The notes beneath the pieces were generated by a model that was given only the letters and a program-made list of their open reading frames with translations, was not told the DNA's origin and ran no database searches. From a virus (Duplodnaviria > Caudoviricetes): DNA of 31,000 nucleotides. Where the stretch lies: the IMG/VR virus record IMGVR_UViG_3300020045_017979, positions 1 through 31,000 of that record; one strand, written 5' to 3'. Below are positions 17,852 through 26,150 of the stretch, piece by piece. The stretch's first letter is position 1. Each line of letters opens with the position of its first letter. The translations under genes and the position numbers were made by a program.

Positions 17852-20212
17852 ATGTCAACTCCATATTATTCTAAATTCGAAACGGACGAAAAATTACTCA
17901 ATGTATTAGTTGGTAGTACGCCAATTGGAAATCCAAATATACCTATACCTGAAGAAGTTACTGGTAATGCTCATGTTTTAGGAGTTGGAGCAGGGACCTA
18001 TACCAACTGGGGCGGTATGGTTATTCCTGAAAACAACCTTGGAACTTTGCGAAGAATTAACGGGGAGTATTTTGTTAGTTTGACCGAAATTGAGTTGGGC
18101 GGATTAGTACAGAAATCGGAAGTTGATACTAAATTTTCTCCTTCTGAATTAGTTTGGACAGATGGATTTTATGTGAATATTTCAGGAATTTCAACTGCTG
18201 ATAGTAGATTTTCTGTCGGAACTGTTCCTGTTATTCCAAATATTCCTATTCAAGTTAAATTATTTGGTGATGCTGGAGGTTATAGCGTTTATTTTGATAA
18301 AAATGACAAAAAAGTATCTCATATATCATCTGCTTCTACAATAGATTCTGAATATGTCCCACCTGCTGCTGCTTCAATATTAAAAGTATTTACACTTACT
18401 ACTGAAAAAATAAACAGTTTCATTTATTTAAAATCAATTGAACCTTTATTTTCTTCTGTAATTAAAACTAATGAAAATGAATTGGCAATAAATAGAGTAG
18501 CTAATTTAACCGAAGCTTTAGCTACTAATGTATTAAGAGTTTTAAATAACACAGATTATGCACCTGCCGCAGATTGGGCTTTGTATGGTATTTTTAACTC
18601 TAATCAAGTAATACAAGAGGGTTATTTAAAAAGAATTGAATTAAGAGTAAATAATTCAGGAAGTTTTAAAGTACTACTATGTAATAAATCAGGAAGTACA
18701 ATTTCAAATATTCGTGAAAGTACTAAAACTTATTTGGCTTTAGCAGGTAATAACTCTATTGATTTAGAAGAATTTTTACAAATAAATGAGGGTGATTGTA
18801 TTGGTATTAAAAGTTCACAATTAAATGTAGCTTATGATGTTCATTATGGAGATTCTGATAGTTTTTTTGCTTTAAATTCATCTGGAGGACTTAAAGATAC
18901 TTATGATGAAGGCTCTTTTGATTTTAATTTTTTTGTTGCAGAAAAAATAAATAATAAAATAGATTTTTTAGAAAATGAAATAGAAAAAACAAATGAAGTT
19001 TTTGTTGATTTAAAAAATGAAACTTTAAAAAAAGAATATAAAAGTGTCTTTGTTGATGATTTTTCAACTCAAAAAACAGAATGGATTAGAACTACAAATT
19101 GGGTATTTGATTCTCCAAATAAAAGGTTATATCCTATTGCTACGGGAGGAATGAATTCTAATAACATTAAATTGAATCTTCCATATAGTGCTGATAAAAG
19201 AATTTGCAGGTTTAAAATGGAATTACAATCTGATACTGTAGCTAATATAATGATGCAGTCTAGCGATAATAATACTGGTATTGGTGAATCTTTTTATAGA
19301 ATTGACGTACCTAATAATAAGTTAATTATGTATGCGCACAATGATGATACTCATGTAAATACAAGTATTGTTGTTGCTGAAAAAGTTATTGATTTTTCAA
19401 TACTAGATGGTAGTAAATATTTAATTGAATTAGAAAAAGATGACTATAGCTTTTATTTTAGAATTATAGATTATTTGTCTGCTAAAGCAACAGAATTAAA
19501 ACACGTAGGTTGGGAAGCAGGAAGACAGCAACATAACTATAGCTTTTCACTTCAAAGCGGAAATTCTTTTATTTTAAGTGATTTTGAAGTTACTATTTTA
19601 AATAATCCATCTTTAATATTTTCAGGTGATAGTATTACCGAAGGCGTTACAATGGATAGTACTAATTCTTCTAATCCAAATAATCTTAACAATAGATATG
19701 CTGAATTGATTAGAAAATCAATTGGTAATTGCATTATATCCGCAAAAGGAGGTAATCAAATTGACCATGTTATTAATCTAGTTAATTCTGAATATAAATT
19801 AATTAATCCAAAATATTTAGTTGTAACGATTGGTACTAATGGTGGTAATACTTTAGCAAAATTCAAAGATTTAATTGATTTGTGTGATGCAAACAATATA
19901 CCGTTAATTATTAATTACACGCCTTGTGGATTGACTGATTCTTACAATCAAGTTAGAGATATATTAACAACTTTAATAGCCGATGTTGATTATAAAGATA
20001 AATTTATTATTGGCTGTCGAATGGATAATGCTACAGCTGTAGATTATTTTCCTATTGTCGATAGTTCGCATCCTACTACCATTTCAGGTGGTGTAAATAT
20101 TCGAATAGACTTGTCTTTAATGAACTTTTCTGGCGAGCATCCCAATTATTTAGGTTCAAAAAGAATGGCAGATAGATTTTATGTAGATGTACCATTTATT
20201 TTAAAAGTATAA
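17852..20212 (+). CDS. Tail spike-like protein with C-terminal SGNH/GDSL esterase domain
   Basis: Blocks GDSITEG, GTN and HPN; central beta-sandwich-like domains. Confidence 0.72.
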   Translation: MSTPYYSKFETDEKLLNVLVGSTPIGNPNIPIPEEVTGNAHVLGVGAGTYTNWGGMVIPENNLGTLRRINGEYFVSLTEIELGGLVQKSEVDTKFSPSELVWTDGFYVNISGISTADSRFSVGTVPVIPNIPIQVKLFGDAGGYSVYFDKNDKKVSHISSASTIDSEYVPPAAASILKVFTLTTEKINSFIYLKSIEPLFSSVIKTNENELAINRVANLTEALATNVLRVLNNTDYAPAADWALYGIFNSNQVIQEGYLKRIELRVNNSGSFKVLLCNKSGSTISNIRESTKTYLALAGNNSIDLEEFLQINEGDCIGIKSSQLNVAYDVHYGDSDSFFALNSSGGLKDTYDEGSFDFNFFVAEKINNKIDFLENEIEKTNEVFVDLKNETLKKEYKSVFVDDFSTQKTEWIRTTNWVFDSPNKRLYPIATGGMNSNNIKLNLPYSADKRICRFKMELQSDTVANIMMQSSDNNTGIGESFYRIDVPNNKLIMYAHNDDTHVNTSIVVAEKVIDFSILDGSKYLIELEKDDYSFYFRIIDYLSAKATELKHVGWEAGRQQHNYSFSLQSGNSFILSDFEVTILNNPSLIFSGDSITEGVTMDSTNSSNPNNLNNRYAELIRKSIGNCIISAKGGNQIDHVINLVNSEYKLINPKYLVVTIGTNGGNTLAKFKDLIDLCDANNIPLIINYTPCGLTDSYNQVRDILTTLIADVDYKDKFIIGCRMDNATAVDYFPIVDSSHPTTISGGVNIRIDLSLMNFSGEHPNYLGSKRMADRFYVDVPFILKV

Positions 20213-20215
20213 ATA

Positions 20216-20302
20216 ATGACATTATCCGAATCAATCTTAACCCTAGTACTAATACTTCTTATCCTTTGTAATATGAAAGGAAAGCGAAATGATTTTGATT
20301 AA
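20216..20302 (+). CDS. 28-aa hydrophobic peptide (not in ORF track)
   Basis: MTLSESILTLVLILLILCNMKGKRNDFD; starts 3 nt after the previous stop and fills the gap. Confidence 0.4.
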   Translation: MTLSESILTLVLILLILCNMKGKRNDFD

Positions 20303-20317
20303 AAAAAATAAATAATT

Positions 20318-21994
20318 ATGTCTGGTAAAATAACAACAAAAGGCTACATCGTAGAGGGCGGAAATTCAAATCAGTTTTTAAAAGCTGATGGGAGTTTGGA
20401 CGAAACTACTTATGCTTCAGAATCTCAATTAGATGATATTAATGATGCTCTGGATAATCGTTATTTAAAATCAGAAACAGATGATTTATTAGCTACCAAA
20501 CTAGATACAGCCGATTACAACCAACATTTCAAAGGAGTTTATTTAACGGAATCGGCTTTGATTGCAGCACATCCAACAGCTGAAGCTGGAGATTCCGCAC
20601 AAGTAAACGAAGTAGGTTCAACTGTTGTTGTGAATTATTCGTGGGATGATGAAGAAAGCGAATGGGTAAATAATGGGAGTGGAGGATCTGGCGCAACAAA
20701 TACCGATGCCTTACCAGAGGGATCTTCTAATTTATATTTCACAACCGCCCGTGTTTTAGCAACTGTATTATCTGGAATTTCATTCCTTGCAAATGGTCCT
20801 GTTATTTCTACAGATTCTATTTTAGTGGCTTTTGGAAAAATTCAAAAACAATTATCTCAATTATTCACAAGTGTTTTTAATTTAGAAAATGGCACAACAC
20901 TTTGGCATCCAAATGTTGCCACGTCAACAGGAACGGTTACAAGTTCAGGAACCAATTTTACAGGAACAGGAACATCTTTGACTGGACAGATGGTTGGGTC
21001 AAAGATTTTTATAGGTAGCGAATCTTTGATTATTTCCACTATAAACACTGGTGCACAAACATTCACAACCACTACAGCATTATCATCAGATGTTACTAAT
21101 TCTGCTTTCGAAATAAAACTTGTTGCACAAAAAAATGTTTCCGGAACGATTAGATTTTACGATGCAAATGAGGGGTATGAAAGAGCGAGATTTGAACCAA
21201 ATGGAAATTGGGCGTTTAATTCATTTCAAATGCGAGGAAACGGTCAATTAGTTTCAGATGCGTCTTTGTTTACCCAAGATCAGGTTGAGATTTACGGCAA
21301 CAACGTAAAAGCTCCTTTATTGACAAATAGACAGGTTTACACAGTATCCACCTTACCGACCCCTAGTTCAACCGAAAGAGTTTATGCTTCTGTTTCAGAT
21401 GCTTTGGATCCTGCTACTGGACAGATAGTTTCGGGTTCTGGAAACGTGAATTGTGCGGTATATTGGAATGGAGCTAATTGGATTGCTTTGAGTGGCGATT
21501 ATGACAGTGTGAAATTAACCGGCAATCAGACAAAAACAGGAATTCTTTCTTTTAATAATTCTAGTGGTTCTGTAGATAATGCAATTTCCTTGTCTAATTC
21601 AGGTGGCGCATACACTTACTCTTTGTCTGTAGCGAATACAGGAGCTGGAGATGGAAACTTTACCTATAACACTGGTACTGGAACAGGGATTTACACAATT
21701 AACGAGGGTTCTGGAAAAGGCATATATGTGTTAAATAATGTGGGTAGTGGCGCAGGTGTTGTTGCTGAATCTTTCGGTGGCGCTACAGGTAATTTATTTG
21801 TAGGTAAACTTTCAGGTACTGGCGATGTTTTCATTGTTGATAAAAACGGAAAAGTAACAACACCAACAATCACAACCGAAAAAGTTGTAGCCACCTCGAT
21901 TTTAGAATATACAGACAATGCTGCGGCAATAACAGCAGGGTTGTCGGTAGGTGCTTTTTACAGAACTGGAGATATTTTAAAAATTGTTCATTAA
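20318..21994 (+). CDS. Tail fibre protein
   Basis: Gly/Ser/Thr-rich; 'TDALPEGSSNLYFTTARV', 'VYTVSTLP', short NxGxG repeats, C-terminal 'YTDNAAAITAGLSVGAFYRTGDILKIVH'. Confidence 0.7.
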   Translation: MSGKITTKGYIVEGGNSNQFLKADGSLDETTYASESQLDDINDALDNRYLKSETDDLLATKLDTADYNQHFKGVYLTESALIAAHPTAEAGDSAQVNEVGSTVVVNYSWDDEESEWVNNGSGGSGATNTDALPEGSSNLYFTTARVLATVLSGISFLANGPVISTDSILVAFGKIQKQLSQLFTSVFNLENGTTLWHPNVATSTGTVTSSGTNFTGTGTSLTGQMVGSKIFIGSESLIISTINTGAQTFTTTTALSSDVTNSAFEIKLVAQKNVSGTIRFYDANEGYERARFEPNGNWAFNSFQMRGNGQLVSDASLFTQDQVEIYGNNVKAPLLTNRQVYTVSTLPTPSSTERVYASVSDALDPATGQIVSGSGNVNCAVYWNGANWIALSGDYDSVKLTGNQTKTGILSFNNSSGSVDNAISLSNSGGAYTYSLSVANTGAGDGNFTYNTGTGTGIYTINEGSGKGIYVLNNVGSGAGVVAESFGGATGNLFVGKLSGTGDVFIVDKNGKVTTPTITTEKVVATSILEYTDNAAAITAGLSVGAFYRTGDILKIVH

Positions 21995-21996
21995 TT

Positions 21997-22245
21997 ATGA
22001 AGTTCCTAATCCTATTATTCAGCACGATAATTTTTGCTCAAAGTAACATAGTCACGAGCGGGACGTCTGACTATACAGTAGGCGAAATATTTCCGATAAT
22101 GCAACAGGATGCTAAACAAAAAGAAGTAGTATTAAGCGTACCTAAATATGAATACCCTATCGAACCGCCAAAGCCGATAGTTGATAAAAAGAAAAACTTC
22201 TTTCAAAAGTTGATTGAAGCAATAATCAAAATCTTTAAAAAATAA
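21997..22245 (+). CDS. Small exported protein with C-terminal amphipathic basic helix
   Basis: Signal-like MKFLILLFSTIIFAQ; ends KKKNFFQKLIEAIIKIFKK. Confidence 0.6.
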   Translation: MKFLILLFSTIIFAQSNIVTSGTSDYTVGEIFPIMQQDAKQKEVVLSVPKYEYPIEPPKPIVDKKKNFFQKLIEAIIKIFKK

Positions 22246-22251
22246 ATAACC

Positions 22252-22512
22252 ATGGAAAATAAATTTTCAAAATTCAAAGACATTAATTTCAAAGAGGTTA
22301 CGCTAGGATTCATCATCACTTTAGCAACCGCTTTATTAGACTTGCTTTGGCAAGGTGCCAATCCAATGATTCAACATTTACAAGAAACTCTTGAATTTGA
22401 TTTTAGTTTGTTTACAACAAAAGTAAATTTTGGAACAGCTTGGGATGTGGCTATTATTGTTGCTTCAACTTATTTCCCTGCTGTTTTCTTTTCAGGAAAA
22501 AAACAAGAGTAA
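22252..22512 (+). CDS. Two-TM membrane protein (holin/antiholin-like)
   Basis: Two hydrophobic segments, basic C-terminus, in the lysis cassette. Confidence 0.55.
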   Translation: MENKFSKFKDINFKEVTLGFIITLATALLDLLWQGANPMIQHLQETLEFDFSLFTTKVNFGTAWDVAIIVASTYFPAVFFSGKKQE

Positions 22513-22561
22513 TTACAAACACTCACATCATTTATTTGATGTGAGTTTAAAACAAAAACAA

Positions 22562-23098
22562 ATGAACGAATTATTGTCTTTTGCTATGCCAAAATTTACT
22601 TTGTTGGTGCTTTTTTTTAAAAAACCAATATTATTACTAACTGCAGTTCCGGCTGTTGCAGCAGTTTCTTTGGTTGTTGATTTCGAATCCATGGGATGGA
22701 TTTTATTCTACTTTTTTATGGGTGATCTAGTCACAGGATTGTTTGCATCTTATTTTGTTTGGAAAAAAAGCAATCCAAAAGAAAGATGGTTTTTTGGCAA
22801 TGGAGAAGGATTTTCAAGCGATAAAGCTAAAAAGATGGGGGTGAAAGCAATGGTTTATTTAGCCGTTCCACTTCTTTTTATAAAAATTCAAACCGTGTTA
22901 TTTATTAAAAATTTTAAATACGATAGAATTTCAGATGCTGAATTTGAATTAGCAACAGCATCATTGTTTTTGTTTTGCCTGATTGAAGGCTTTTCGATAT
23001 TTCACGAAAACCTGCCAAAATGCGGTTTTAATCTTTGGCAAAGAATTAAAAAAATGATAGGATTTTATAAAGAAATTGAAAACCAAATAAATAAATAA
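22562..23098 (+). CDS. Holin
   Basis: ATG at 22562 (MNELLSF) preferred; several TMs; 'DLVTG', 'FSSDKAKK', 'IEGFSIFHENL' fit the phage holin 4-like pattern; directly before the amidase. Confidence 0.72.
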   Translation: MNELLSFAMPKFTLLVLFFKKPILLLTAVPAVAAVSLVVDFESMGWILFYFFMGDLVTGLFASYFVWKKSNPKERWFFGNGEGFSSDKAKKMGVKAMVYLAVPLLFIKIQTVLFIKNFKYDRISDAEFELATASLFLFCLIEGFSIFHENLPKCGFNLWQRIKKMIGFYKEIENQINK

Positions 23099-23100
23099 TT

Positions 23101-23646
23101 ATGATTTTTATATCAGCAGGACACAATCCAAAAGGAAATAAACCAGATCCAGGAGCTATAGCAAATGGATTTCACGAAGCCAATTTGGCTGTAGAATTTC
23201 GCAATTTATTAGTAGCTATTCTACGTTTGAAAAAATTAGAAGTAATCACTGACAAAGACGATGAACGACTTGGAACTTATCTTGAAAGAATCAAAACAGG
23301 AAATGGATCCGTTGTATTAGAATTTCATTTTGATGCAGCAGCTTCTTCTACTGCTACCGGAACAACCGTTTTGATAGGAAATGATTCAGATAGATTAGAC
23401 AAAGCTTTTGCTAAAGAATTAGTTGAATGTTGCGCAAACACTTTGTCAATTAAAAACCGAGGTGTAAAAACAGAATCCGAAAGTCATCGAGGTAGCCTTG
23501 GCTTAATGCGTGAACAAGGTACTGTTGCTTTGTTGGAATTGTGTTTTATCTCAAATCCAAATGATTTGCATCAATACCAAAAAAACAAAATTACTTTGGC
23601 TTCAAAAATTGCTGAAATTGTAGAACGTTACGAAAAACTAATCTAA
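23101..23646 (+). CDS. Endolysin, N-acetylmuramoyl-L-alanine amidase (Amidase_3)
   Basis: 'IFISAGH', 'HEA', 'LEFHFDA', 'LLELCFISN' zinc and catalytic motifs. Confidence 0.93.
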   Translation: MIFISAGHNPKGNKPDPGAIANGFHEANLAVEFRNLLVAILRLKKLEVITDKDDERLGTYLERIKTGNGSVVLEFHFDAAASSTATGTTVLIGNDSDRLDKAFAKELVECCANTLSIKNRGVKTESESHRGSLGLMREQGTVALLELCFISNPNDLHQYQKNKITLASKIAEIVERYEKLI

Positions 23647-24266
23647 TGATAAATCTATCAATTATTTTGAAAAATATAAAACTAATCGCAACAGCTATTT
23701 TAATAATGGCTGTTGTGTGGTTTTATAAAGATTACCAATTTCAGAAAAAAGAAAACCAACGTCAAACTGAAAATGCTTCACAACAAAGAAAATCGGACAG
23801 TTTGCGTTTTACAAGCCAAATCCTAACCGTAAATGAAATTAAAGATTATTTGCAGTATGAGAACTCGGACTTAAAAAACAAGCTAGCAGATGCAGGAATA
23901 AAAGAAAGCTGGATTGAGAGCATAGTTTCTAACGCTTACCGTTATAAAAATACAGATAAGCAAGAAACTGATGTTACTGGAATTGTAGATGCTATTAAAA
24001 ATTCAATTCCAAAAGAACAAGCCTGGACTGATTCTACTAAATGTTTAAAAATAAATGGTACCGTTTCTTTTGATGGCCAAAAATTAAAAGTCATTGTTAA
24101 CGATCGAGAATTTAAAAATAAGTCAGATGGCGTTGCTTACTGGCAACGTAGGAAATGGAACTTTCTTGGAATTAAAACAAGATTTTTAGGAAAAAAAGAA
24201 TTTACTGCTATTCAATTTGACGAATGCGGTGAAAGTAAAACGATGAAAATAGAAAAGAAAAAATAG
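23646..24266 (+). CDS. Spanin-like membrane-anchored protein (putative)
   Basis: N-terminal TM plus coiled coil; start overlaps the amidase stop. Confidence 0.55.
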   Translation: MINLSIILKNIKLIATAILIMAVVWFYKDYQFQKKENQRQTENASQQRKSDSLRFTSQILTVNEIKDYLQYENSDLKNKLADAGIKESWIESIVSNAYRYKNTDKQETDVTGIVDAIKNSIPKEQAWTDSTKCLKINGTVSFDGQKLKVIVNDREFKNKSDGVAYWQRRKWNFLGIKTRFLGKKEFTAIQFDECGESKTMKIEKKK

Positions 24267-24287
24267 AGCAATCCTAAAACATTATTT

Positions 24288-24318
24288 AAAAGCAGTTCAG
24301 AAATGAGCTGCTTTTTTT
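24288..24318. terminator. Bidirectional intrinsic terminator
   Basis: AAAAGCAGTTCA-GAAA-TGAGCTGCTTTTTTT. Confidence 0.85.
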
Positions 24319-24319
24319 G

Positions 24320-24445
24320 TTATTTTTTCCTAGTTCTCCAACTATCATTGTGATATTTATCGGATGGATGGCTTTTGAATTTTTCCCAAACCATCCAAGC
24401 GACAAAAATTAATCCAATTAACGAAAATATAAAGTCTAAAATCAT
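24320..24445 (-). CDS. 41-aa single-TM peptide (not in ORF track)
   Basis: MILDFIFSLIGLIFVAWMVWEKFKSHPSDKYHNDSWRTRKK; has its own -7 box and ends right at the terminator. Confidence 0.68.
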   Translation of the reverse strand: MILDFIFSLIGLIFVAWMVWEKFKSHPSDKYHNDSWRTRKK

Positions 24446-24449
24446 ACTG

Positions 24450-24457
24450 CAAAATTA
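24450..24457 (-). promoter_or_regulatory. -7 box TAATTTTG, 4 nt before ATG (likely leaderless)
   Basis: + strand CAT-ACTG-CAAAATTA; same geometry as 16559-16573. Confidence 0.55.
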
Positions 24458-25618
24458 TTAAAAGTCTGGTGATTTTTCTAAAATCTGTTTTCGATTAACC
24501 TCTTTTACGACTTTTGCATAGCGCAAAGTCATCATTTTTGAAGTGTGTCCATAAAGCTCACGAAGCGCATCTAGTTCTACACCCGCTAATATTTTTTTAT
24601 TGGCTCCTAAATGTTTCAAAGAATACATATTAGCAGAAATACCAAGATCTATTTTAACTAATTTTCTATAAAGTTTAGAAGCGGCATCTCTATTCAATCT
24701 TTTTGGACCAGGAATAAAATCCAAATCTTTTTTTAATCCACGATTTGAAAATTCTCTTTTAGAACCAAAAAGAAAAAATTCAGGATCCTCATTCTGAATA
24801 TTCATTTCTTGATAATACGCTTTCAAAAATGGATTTATCGGAACAATTCGTTCAATTTCAGTTTTGGTTATTTCAGGTGGTAAAACGATTTGATTCTTTT
24901 CAAGATTAACCATTTTCAACTGAATGTGTAATAGTTCTTCAGGTCTAATGCCAGTGTGAAATATGCTGATTAAATAGACGTAAAAATTTGGAAAATCAGA
25001 TAGTATTTTTTCTTTTATCTTTACTATTTCATCATCAGTAGCTGGGATATTTGCCATAATTTCACCTACTTTCATAGATTTTATTCCGTGAGCTGGATTG
25101 GTTTCGATAATATCCCATTGCATGAGTTCGCTCAAAATCGCCTTTAAATACCCTAAATTTTTGTTATACGATTTGTTGGACCATTTGCGGGTGTTTTTTA
25201 TTTTCTCCAAGATCAATTTAATGTGAATTCTTTTGGTTTCTATTACCATTAGATTTTCAAATAGAAGATCTTTTATGGCTTGTTTTGTGAATTTTACCGT
25301 GCAGGAATAATCAATTTTAGTTTTGGCTGCAAGTGTTAATTTTTTCTTTCCTAAAGCAAAATCCAAGGCTTCAATTAAAGTTAAATTACTTTGTGAATTG
25401 ACGAAATCTGGAAGTAAAGGATTCCATCCATTTTTAAGTTTTTGAAGCAAAGCTTCGCAAATTAAATTGGCTTCAGCTTCCTTTTTTTTGAGATTTTCAA
25501 TGTAATTTATTCCGTATTTTTTACGAATAAGTTTTCCGTTATATCTAAAAAAGATAAACCACGGTTTTAAAGGATCGTCATATTTGACAACCTTTGGAAT
25601 AGTGTAAATTGATTTCAT
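24458..25618 (-). CDS. int: Tyrosine integrase
   Basis: 'HTGIRPEEL', 'TKT', 'YSLKH', 'LYGHTS..MT.RY'; start at MKSIYT (25618) preferred, 25660 possible. Confidence 0.93.
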   Translation of the reverse strand: MKSIYTIPKVVKYDDPLKPWFIFFRYNGKLIRKKYGINYIENLKKKEAEANLICEALLQKLKNGWNPLLPDFVNSQSNLTLIEALDFALGKKKLTLAAKTKIDYSCTVKFTKQAIKDLLFENLMVIETKRIHIKLILEKIKNTRKWSNKSYNKNLGYLKAILSELMQWDIIETNPAHGIKSMKVGEIMANIPATDDEIVKIKEKILSDFPNFYVYLISIFHTGIRPEELLHIQLKMVNLEKNQIVLPPEITKTEIERIVPINPFLKAYYQEMNIQNEDPEFFLFGSKREFSNRGLKKDLDFIPGPKRLNRDAASKLYRKLVKIDLGISANMYSLKHLGANKKILAGVELDALRELYGHTSKMMTLRYAKVVKEVNRKQILEKSPDF

Positions 25619-25675
25619 TTTAATTTGTTTAGAATTAAAATGTTTGCGGGGGGCATTCAATCAATTGTTTAAATC

Positions 25676-25691
25676 TGTTCTTTTTTTGTTC
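25676..25691. repeat. Putative integrase arm-type sites, left (TGTTC at 11-bp spacing)
   Basis: TGTTC-TTTTTT-TGTTC; same core and period as 25843-25864. Confidence 0.5.
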
Positions 25692-25714
25692 TCTTTTTAT
25701 TTTTAAATTCTTTT

Positions 25715-25741
25715 AAAACCCTTGCAAAACAAGGGTTTTTT
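25715..25741. terminator. Terminator hairpin next to the att core
   Basis: AAAACCCTTG-CAAAA-CAAGGGTTTT; directly downstream of the RNA 3'-end fragment on the minus strand. Confidence 0.8.
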
Positions 25742-25762
25742 GTGGAATCGCCGGGAATCGAA
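25742..25762 (-). other. attP core: 3' end of tmRNA (ssrA) or tRNA-Ala-like gene
   Basis: Minus strand TTCGATT-CCCGG-CGATTCC-A-C = T-loop, T-stem, acceptor 3' strand with U70 and discriminator A; no 5' half present; adjacent to int. Confidence 0.78.
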
Positions 25763-25835
25763 AACTAAATTGAAATTTTTAAAAACTGTAAACCATTGAT
25801 TTTACTGACTTCACAAACAAATTAAAATGTAGTTA

Positions 25836-26144
25836 TTATTGGTTTTTGTTCACTTTTTGTTCACTGGTATTTTTTTGATTATTCATGAATTCCAGCAGCT
25901 TACTTTTAAAATATTCAGACTCGAAAAGATCATTTATGAATTCTTTGTTGAGGTCCGGAGCTTTGTAATTTTCATCCATGGAATTAAAAAATTTTTCTAT
26001 TGCTGCAATTTCTAACCTGGTCAAACTTTTATTATTTATAGCCATTCGCAACGCATCGGGTTTCATCTCAACTAATTCGCCTATTACCCTATTATTGAGC
26101 TTGTACTTCTTTTTGTTTGCGTTGAATGTTTCGTAGAAAGTCAT
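25836..26144 (-). CDS. HTH (XRE-like) DNA-binding protein
   Basis: 'LNNRVIGELVEMKPDALRMAINNK' HTH-like segment. Confidence 0.6.
   Translation of the reverse strand: MTFYETFNANKKKYKLNNRVIGELVEMKPDALRMAINNKSLTRLEIAAIEKFFNSMDENYKAPDLNKEFINDLFESEYFKSKLLEFMNNQKNTSEQKVNKNQ
25843..25864. repeat. Perfect 11-bp tandem repeat, putative arm-type sites, right
   Basis: TTTTTGTTCAC x2. Confidence 0.6.
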
Positions 26145-26150
26145 GTTTTA

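Noticed and set aside
16671-21994. Diversity-generating retroelement or invertible fibre cassette
   Set aside because: No reverse transcriptase, invertase, TR/VR pair or flanking inverted repeats noticed in this window
22430-22561. Extended holin N-terminus from the ORF track
   Set aside because: Non-ATG start overlapping the upstream gene; ATG at 22562 has the typical A-rich context
25625-25642. Fourth copy of the palindromic box upstream of int (TTGTTTAGAATTAAAATG)
   Set aside because: Only a left half-site matches; compatible with chance in AT-rich DNA
25742-25762. Complete tRNA or tmRNA gene
   Set aside because: Only the 3' 21 nt are present; no 5' T-stem strand or 5' acceptor strand
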